Both the position numbers and the translations under genes were made by a program. Positions 10,435-19,400 of a stretch of DNA of 25,000 nt are shown piece after piece. This DNA comes from Takakia lepidozioides. Lineage: Eukaryota > Plantae > Bryophyta. The stretch covers positions 1 through 25,000 of the forward strand of contig JAKLZA010000116.1 of the NCBI GenBank assembly GCA_030704615.1. The letters are read 5' to 3'. Under the pieces are notes generated by a model that saw nothing but the letters and a program-made list of their open reading frames with translations, had not been told where the DNA came from and did no database searches. Positions within the stretch are counted from its first letter, which is position 1, and each line of letters begins with the position of its first letter.

Positions 10435-13400
10435 ATGGCTACAGAAGAGTCGGTTGGGATTTTGTGCCATGCAAATTTGATTCCTGGGTTTCGAGGGGTA
10501 TTGAAGCAAAGGTAAGGCTTTGAGAGTGACTAAGAGAGAAAAGCTGCACACTCTTTAGGCTGTGCTTACCTTAGTCATGTGGTGGGAAACTTCTCTGCAC
10601 CCGGCACCTCAGCCCGGTGGCTTTAGACCCCCATGAGTGGGTGAGTTAGTGAGAGAGAGTTTATTTGTGGGGTTGATCTGGTGGGGTTGGTATTCAGTTT
10701 TCTTTATGATGAATTGGAATTCTCTGTACAACTGGCAGCTGAACTAGGTTCGTACGATCAAAACAGGGCAAACAAACAGGGACAGACACCAATAGTAGTA
10801 GCAGTGACTCCACATGTCAATGTATGAGAAAGAATGCTGCCCTGATAGCGTGGGCACAAATACTTGTTCTCAGATATTCAGACTTTATTGTGAACGAGGT
10901 GGATTGTAGCGGCAATGTGATTCATCTCACGCGTCTTGAGAACCAGTTTGAGGTAACATGTCTCCGTGTCTCTCTTCTTCACACACTCTCACAACATATA
11001 TACTCCCACACCTTGCAAAGGCAACCAGCTATGCAGCAGAGACACTTCCCCTGACGAAGTGGCTACTTGGTTTGGCTATCACCCTCACAGTACTATACAG
11101 CTGGTAGATTTGTGAGCAACCAGAATCAGTTACTGTGCCATTGCACTATGAGGCCTATCATCATCCTCCATACTTTGGACAGTACGAGATGATTGCCTGC
11201 TGGTGAAGTTTTGCATGCCACTAAAAGATTTTGAAGGGTCGTAGACATATGCTGCAGTGTCCTCGTTAGACATGGTATGTCTACTGAGACTCCACCACCT
11301 TTTGATCTGTCCCAAGTTTTATCCTCAGGATGCAAGACAGCAACATTATGAATAGACAGTATCTCAAGAGGATACATGTGCTAATAGCATAGAAACCCAA
11401 AACCCAGCCCACCTCAAAAGCTCCAATCATTCTCCACATCCCTAACCGTGCCTCAGGTCGTTTCCGAGGCAGTTCATTCAATCTATAGTGTGAGTGGACG
11501 GATAGGAGGATAGGATTTGTATGGGACCTACATCCCAAGACCACTTTATTCTCTTGCCTACATACAACAAATTCAATATATGCCTCATTGAACATTGCAG
11601 GTATGAACTTATGGAGTTCAAATGAACATTCCAAGTTCTTGGGTTTTGAAGTCTTTTTGGAACCTTCTATTGATCCCATAGGCCCTTCGGGCATTTGAGA
11701 TGTGTAGAAACTTCCGTCTCTTCTGTTTGGTGTTTCCAAGGACTGTAGGAAGCAGACAGTCCTTAGTCTTGAACAAATCCAGTTGTTCTGGCCACAAATC
11801 TAGTTTCCACGAGAGGGTTTCACTGATCATGTGCCCATGCCAAAAAGTTTTTCCGGCACTCCAGTGGTCATCTGCATTTCAATTTGAGGTCAATTTCAAC
11901 CAACCTGGGAAAACAAGCTTTTCAGCTGTAAGACACTAGTGATTGGCTAATCATGAGTAGTTGATCACAGCTGCGGCAAACCACGAACTGCTGCCCATGT
12001 AGGAACAGTGGACTTACTAAGTGACATCTTCTTTCTCCTCTTTCCCTCATACCTTTCACCTCTTTGGGGAAGTCCTCACTCCTTTAGGCACCTTCTGAGT
12101 TGATTCACACCCTGCACATGGAGACAGTTCGATGAGATGACACATTGCCTGAGGCTAGAATCTATCCAGTGATGTATGGAAATCTTTTGTGTGGTTTTCC
12201 TGTTCTTGGACTGTGTCCTATGACCACTCCAAGGCCCACACGGGAATTCTAAATTTTCTTTCTCTTTTCTCTCTTTGAAGAATGATTGAAACAATTGGCA
12301 GATTTCTTTTTCTGAGGCCTATGCTGGATCATCATTGTCATTTCAAAAAAAAGATGAGAATATCCGAGCTCCAATGGCAACGGTGGCAGACTGCAAACTG
12401 GACAACTCCAGGGGTGCCGATTTTGGGGCAGATGTGGAGGCCTTCAAGGCCCTTGCTGGAGAGAGCAATGCAGAACACTTGAAGAGACTGCTTTCTAAAA
12501 TTGCGGAAGGGGAAGGGAGCAGCCTGTCCCCAGTTTTATTAGCCCCAGATGCTGACAAGGCCCACCGGGCGGCAAGTGATCTTTTACCTTTCCACCGAAG
12601 TTCCATTTTGTCTGTCACGTTGGGTGATAGTATATCAGACAAGTAGCACCTCTGTGATTGGGGATTATACAGTTGCCTTAGCTAGGGAGATATGGTAGCA
12701 ATCTGGACATTCAGTACAGGGACACTACTTGCATTGCTAAGGAAAATTAATGTGGAAGATCCATAGACCTTCAAAGTGCATCACTCACTAATTTCTGCAT
12801 CATTAAGAGTGTCCTTATGAGCATTGCTGTAGGTCCCTAATGGAGGGTCATACTTCTTGTGGAGGCAGTCATGTACTCCTGGACTGTTCCCCATAGACCA
12901 GGGTGCACTTGCGCACAGCTTGAGGACGAAACTTGCTAGTGTCAAATTACAAGGAGGTTTACTCCCCGTTCGAGCCCCTGTGTAGGTTCCTCATCGCCAA
13001 ATGTTTCTAGGAATGCTTATTTTTTTGAGTGTGTAAGAACTTCAGCAAGCAGTGGTCCAAATTTTCTGAAGTCGCCTCTGTGCTCAGTTCTGAGACCAGT
13101 GTCCTTGATTTATCTAGTTTTGTCAGTCATAGGGTGTTGTATTCCTTGCAGGCCGTCCATAACTTCTTCAAAGGGCGACTATCGTTTTTTGTGACTGATA
13201 CTGTGGATGGCCCGAGCTCAAATGAAAAGTGTGTGCGTCTCCGGTATAATGAGGGCAAGCCTGCTGAAGGAGGGGACCGAGGGGGGCGTTTTTCAAAGCG
13301 AGGAAGAGACTCCCGATCCAAATTGGGTGATGATAGCAAACGCCAAAAGCCAAATGGGCCTTACCAGGACAGGAGCCAACCCTTTGATAGCCGTGGAGTG

Positions 13401-16400
13401 GATGATTGGCCAACAGATCGCCCCAAATTTCTCCAGTTTGTCTCGGTTTCTTTGCCACTTATTCTCTTTGTCAGTTCAAGTGTATGCATGGTCATTGATT
13501 GAACATTTTGTGTGATGCACCAATATAAGTACTGTTGGGAAATCTAATGGTTATTTCTTTTCTTATTTGTGGGCTGACCTTGACCTCATACTAGATAGCA
13601 GAAGGTCGATTGCAGCACTTCTCCTTGAACCATCAAGGTTTCAACAGTGGAGCACCGATCTATGTAAACCCTCGTATCATTTCATTTGGTGGTGGGGGAT
13701 CCTCAGGTTTCACCTTTTTAAGGAGAACAAAGACACTCAGGATGCTGTGACTGTTATTTCTCGAATGCTCCATGTGCAAGTGAGGGTCTTACATTGGCCT
13801 TGGGCTTGCCATTCTTGGGGTACCGGATGTGTACACCAGCAATTGGGAGGGGTGCTTTGGATGCAATAAAAAGTTGTTTGCTTCAACATGCTCTCATGCT
13901 CTCGTGCTCCTGTTAGTGTGGTGATCAGCTGCTGTTTGCTACACTATAGTTGCTCATTTTGCAGTAGAGTTTGAATGTTTTGAGTACTTAGGAAGTGCAT
14001 TGGTGGATTGACTTGCAGCCTAAATCATTTGGCTTTGCTGGGACCAAGGACAAACGAGCTGTCACGACACAGCGGGTATTGTTTTGTAGTTCTATCTTTT
14101 GAGACCCCACCTCCTCTGAGTGTGTCTCCATGTGCGTGCCCTATTTTCTGAAGTTGTAGTACAGTCACAGCCGGATGTGTCAGCTTTTTGGCAATCCAGA
14201 CGGCTGAACCTATAGTCCACCAGCCACACTTTAGCGCACGGATACAGATTGAAAGAGAGAGAAAGCATGTAATAATGACCCTGAGAACATTGCCGCACAT
14301 TAGGGCATAGTTGCAAAGGAAACCAACCCTCGACAGGGTTGGGGAATTCAGCCCAACAGGGGTACATGCGACTCAACCTGGGTTTGCCAGTAGGGCTCCC
14401 AGACTGCCGAAAATAATCCCGTACACATGGAACTGTTCATGCAGGAGCTGGCAGTCTAGTAAGCATGTCTAATGCCTTAATTTATAACTGGAACTGGATC
14501 TGGAACCATCTCTTGAAATAATTGTGGAACTGGAATCCCGAGTTAGGTTTGACATCAGCCAGGTTCAACAACAAAGGTGGGCATGAGCCTTTGTTGGCTG
14601 TGAGGAAGCCCTGCAATTTCCTGGAATTCACCAGAAGAGATTTTATGCCATGGGGTTTATGCTGCCTTGCAAGGCTATGGCAATGGGTGTATTGGGCACA
14701 ATGTCACAACTGATTAGTACATCACTCTCTGGATCTAATCATGTGGGAGGAATGATGGTCTCGCCCACACAGACAAAATCCACCAATTGAATATGATCCT
14801 CTCTATGACTTGCCATGGTTTGGCACAGGTAACAGTGTTCAAGCAGCAAGCAGTGAAGATGGCAGCATTGAACAGCCGTTTGTTTGGGATCAAAGTTGGC
14901 AATTTCGGGTAGGTGGCAGCCTCAAAAGTAGATGGTTGTCCCTAAATATACATTCGCTATATTTCACTGTATACAATGACTGTATTTCATGTCTCATTTG
15001 CTCAAGAAGACATGGCAGTTTTAGAAAATAGGAAGGGCTGACACAGTGGGTGACAAACTTATTGTTGCATTGCTCTTCTGCAGTTATGTAGACAAGGGGT
15101 TGGTTCTGGGGCAGCTGTCAGGGAACCGTTTTACTGTGACTTTGCGGTAAAGATCCTGGCCCAACCCTCCCTTGCGGCATTCTTACTCTGTCTTCTCCGT
15201 TAGCAATACCACAGCATGGCATGGATGGACTTGCTTGGTTTTCCTATGTCTATCCCTTTCTCTTTCTTTAAGTCATGATCTTGATCCAACTACCTGCTTG
15301 AGGGACAGGGGTGTTGTAGCAGAAAGTGACGAGGCGATCGGGGTGGCTGCAGAAGGGCTTGGCCGGAGTGGTTTTATCAATTACTTCGGTTTACAGGTTG
15401 GAAACCAGCATTCTTGGTGACAAACCTTTGTCATCACTGAAGTTTGGAATCCCTTCATATAAATTCAGATAGGTTGCATGCCATGTAAGTCCACAGTATT
15501 TACGGATGATTGGTTTTCTGCAGCGATTCGGAAGTGGTGCAGTGGGAACTCATGCAGTGGGGGCAGCCTTGCTTCGGGGAGAGTGGAAGGTGGCTGCCAA
15601 TTTGATTCTACAGCCACGTGAAGGGGATATCCTGCTACTGTGCGTGGCCGTTATTTTTGAAGCGGTCTTTGATGTCTCACCTCTTTGGCACTGCCCCTCC
15701 CACGTTGCTGTCATTTCAAGAGGATGAAGTGGGCGCCTTGGACAAAAGTGTTGAGGAACTCACTTGTCCAGCAATGAGACCATTAGCAGGATCTGTACTG
15801 AAGTGCCATCATCATCTAAACAGTAATGTGGACAAAAACCAATTGAACTCACCACAACATCTTCAGTCGATCTGCATGTTACCCGATGAGTTCCTTGTCA
15901 CTTCGGTCCAAGGCTCCTTCATCTTCTCCAGCACTTGCCCACTTTGCACCTTCTCCGCTTGAGCTACCCCCCTTACAAGGCAGAGCCCGTTGATATGCAT
16001 GGTGTCAGAGACAGATCATATCTTGGAAATCCTATGCCTACAATGCTATATGAACAGTGCCTGAGAGTAATAAAATATAGCTATTCCAACAGTAAACATT
16101 GCTGATTGGGAAGAGAGAAGGGCCCTCCACAAGCAGACCAAAAGCAACTATTGCTGAAGGATTGTCTAAGAATCAATGCATCCAGGAGGCAAGACATCAA
16201 ACATTTCTGATCCTCATAGTGAAAGACCTCTGTGAGAGTTTGGGTATCACGGAATAGACAATTGAACCTCCAACAGATCTGATAGTAGGAAGGACAGTGA
16301 AAGAAGTGTTCTTTGCTTTTGATTTCCTTGTTGTTACCAGTGCACCTGGGGCATAGGCGGTCTTCACATTACAGGTTGTCTCACATACCAGTCTCTATCC

Positions 16401-19400
16401 GAGTTGTTGAAAATGATGAAAATGAAGTTAGGCAGAAAACTTCCCTGAACTTGTTTCGTCAGTGACATGGGGGAGGACATCTTGGATGACCTCAAGGGTC
16501 TACCCACTCTCGGCACTAGACTGAAATTTAAACTCAGGGCAGGAAGCCTACCTTTGAACAGCAAACAGAAGCATAGAGGAAAGGGAGAGTGCAGTTGCCC
16601 GTTGTGTGGGCTATCTGAAGACAGTATTCATTTTCTGATACACTGTCCGGGGTTCTCTCACCAAAGAGACGCTCTCTTCAACTCTATCAAGGGAATTGTG
16701 CCTGTACCCCTGTTTACCAACTTTGAAAGTCTCGAGGCTGAGCCAAAAGCCCAGGCCCTCCTGAGGCCTAGTTCCCGCTCAAACTGGGCACAGGGTCAAT
16801 GGCCACAAGGCTACGGCAAACAACGTCTTATGAGTACACTCTATCCGAGTTGTTGCCGGCTTAGGTGTCTAAAACTGTTTACACCTTGACATGGAGCACA
16901 CAGCAGTCAGATGTGAAAGATGCACGTGACTACTATTTGAAAACACAGGATGCTGATGGGGCCTTGCTGCGCATGCCTCGCTATCTAACTGGTGAACGTG
17001 CCCTTGTAAGTACCCATTTATCCATCTCTATTGTTATGTTGATCATGTCTTATGAACAACAGTAACCAGATAGTGTATCTATGCACAGAAGACCCACTGT
17101 GATGTCATGTACAAGGTAGACCACAAGAGAGATTTTCGAGATAAGTAAATGACCTGAACAATGTATATGTGGTTGGAAAGGAAAACCTTCATATTCAAAC
17201 CATGCATTCGTTCCTTTACATTGTGACTGCGCAGGGGCTGTTGAGCTTGCAAATGCAGCCCCATGGCTTTGTTGTAGATTTCATTATATCTCTTAAAAGA
17301 TGGTTAACCAGTTTTACCCCCCCACCATATTCCTTCCCCTCTGGTTTGTGAGTGAAGCCTGTCTACTAATGTCCTACATGAGGACAGCTAATGGATGGAC
17401 AAAGTACACGAGTGTCGCAGTACTGGCTTGCAATGTAGCCCAGACCTGAGCCCAGGAGAGATATGCAGAGGGGTAGAGACCACTTAATAACCGACCAACA
17501 CGCAGGGAGACAACATGCGAATATAGTACTGTTTGCCATATTAATTTCATATTGCTTGGTGGGATGGGGTGCCCGGTAAGAGCAGCTGGTGAGTCTGAAG
17601 CGTGATGCTACCAACTATCTACAGGCCATTAACTGCATTCCGAGAACTTTACGAATGATGTATGTCTAACAAGCTCACATCTCTTTCCCTTTGGCGCCTT
17701 TGGGCCTCTGTTGACACAGTTTTATTTTTCTTTCTTTCATTTGTTTTCCTCCCTCTCTCTGGCTCTCTCTGTCTCTATCTCTCTCATCATTGATGCTTGT
17801 GTAAAGGGATTTCTAGAGGATATCTGGAAAACTCGGATCAATTGTCTGTTCCAAGGTAAGTCATACTACCGGCATCTGCCCCTGACAAGGTAGTTCTATC
17901 CCGTTGTGTGCCGCCCAAACTGGGCGCGGGGTCAATGGCCACAAGGCTACGGCAAACGTCGTCTTTTGAGTACATTTTCTCTCATCATTACAATGTAGCT
18001 ATTTACTTGCTTCAGTTATAAAGCCAGAAGTTCTTATCCAATGACTGGCAGAAGACACGGTCTGAGCAGCCAGAGCACCCTTGTCAGATCAACAGGAGAG
18101 TAGTCGAGCTAGCCACCTTCAAATAAAACGCTAGCAACAACCTAAAATCACAAAAGAGGTTTAGGCTACAGAGTCTCCAGAATGACAGGACCTGAACTGG
18201 TGGAGGGGCACAAGTGCTGGGATGAATTGTTCTTCACCAAACAATCAGATGACACCTTTCACCATAGGCAGCACCTCCAGTTCCCAATAGTATGCATTAC
18301 TGGAAATCTGTGCAAAGCGCAACATATCTTTTTCTCGTCTTGTATCAGGGAAATTTCTCTTTCATGGATGTCTGTAGAGGCCATTTGTGGCTCATTTTGT
18401 TGGGGTCTAGAGGGATAAAGTAGGGTCTGGAATCTTGCCCCTTCCTCTTGGAATCAAAAGAAGACTCTCTCTCTCTCTCCCTCTCTCCGTGCGCAAATGA
18501 AGTTAGGCATCAAACCTCCCTGACCGTGCTTCCAGTAACATGGGGGAGGGCCTTAAGGATGATCTGAAGGGCCTACCTAACCTCGGCACCAGACTGAACT
18601 TTAAACTCAGGCCGGGAAGCCTACATTTGAACAATAAATAGATGCAGAGAGGAAAAGGAGATTATAATTGGATGATGTGCAGGCAGCCCGAAGACAATAT
18701 CTATTTTCTGATACTTTTTCCGGGATATTCTCACCAGAGAGTGATCCTCTTCAGGACAATAAAGAAGATGGTCCCTGCACCTCTGTTTACCAACTTCTCA
18801 AATCTTGAGGCAGAGCCTAAAGCCCTGGCCCTCTTGGGGGTTAATTGCTGGATAGCTCACACACAGGAAGTTGAGGCTTGTGTGAAGGGCTTTCTAGAGG
18901 ATATCTGGAAGTCCTGACTTAGTTGTCTATATCAAGGTAAGTCACACTACTGGAGTGAGCGCCTCACAACTGTAGTTTGTACTCCCTTCTGCTCTGCCCA
19001 ACTGGGCATGGGATCTATGGCCACAAGGCTACAGCAAGCAACATCTTATGAGTACATTCTCTTACCTTGTCAATGGATTTGATTTCTTTTCCTCTTCTCT
19101 ACTCTCTTACCTTTGCTGCTGTTGAATTTGACTCTGGGGTCCAAGACTATGACATGAAAAAACTACTGAGCGCAGCTCTCAATGATGACCGCTTGAACTG
19201 GTTTCTTTGATTGTTGACGCACTCATCACTGGAAGGTTCTTGTGTTATAGTTGATGCTTTCCTTGTTAAGAGAAGGGTATGGTGGAGATGGGGCAGGTAT
19301 GTACACAGCTACCAAAGCTTTTTATGGAATCATGCAGCCAGTCACCGTGTAAAGACCTATGGTGAACACCTTTCGCGAAGTTTGAATATTTCTGTTGATG

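Noticed and set aside
12335-12360. Apparent broken acceptor TTTCAA/AAAAAAGAT for PUS7 exon 3
   Set aside because: An in-frame canonical acceptor TTGGCAG| at 12301 explains the exon without invoking a mutation.
12930-13000. GTTCGAGCCC...GCCA resembling a tRNA T-loop/B-box, and GGACGAAAC resembling a hammerhead half
   Set aside because: No T-stem pairing, no cloverleaf or clear A-box, and no properly placed CUGANGA.
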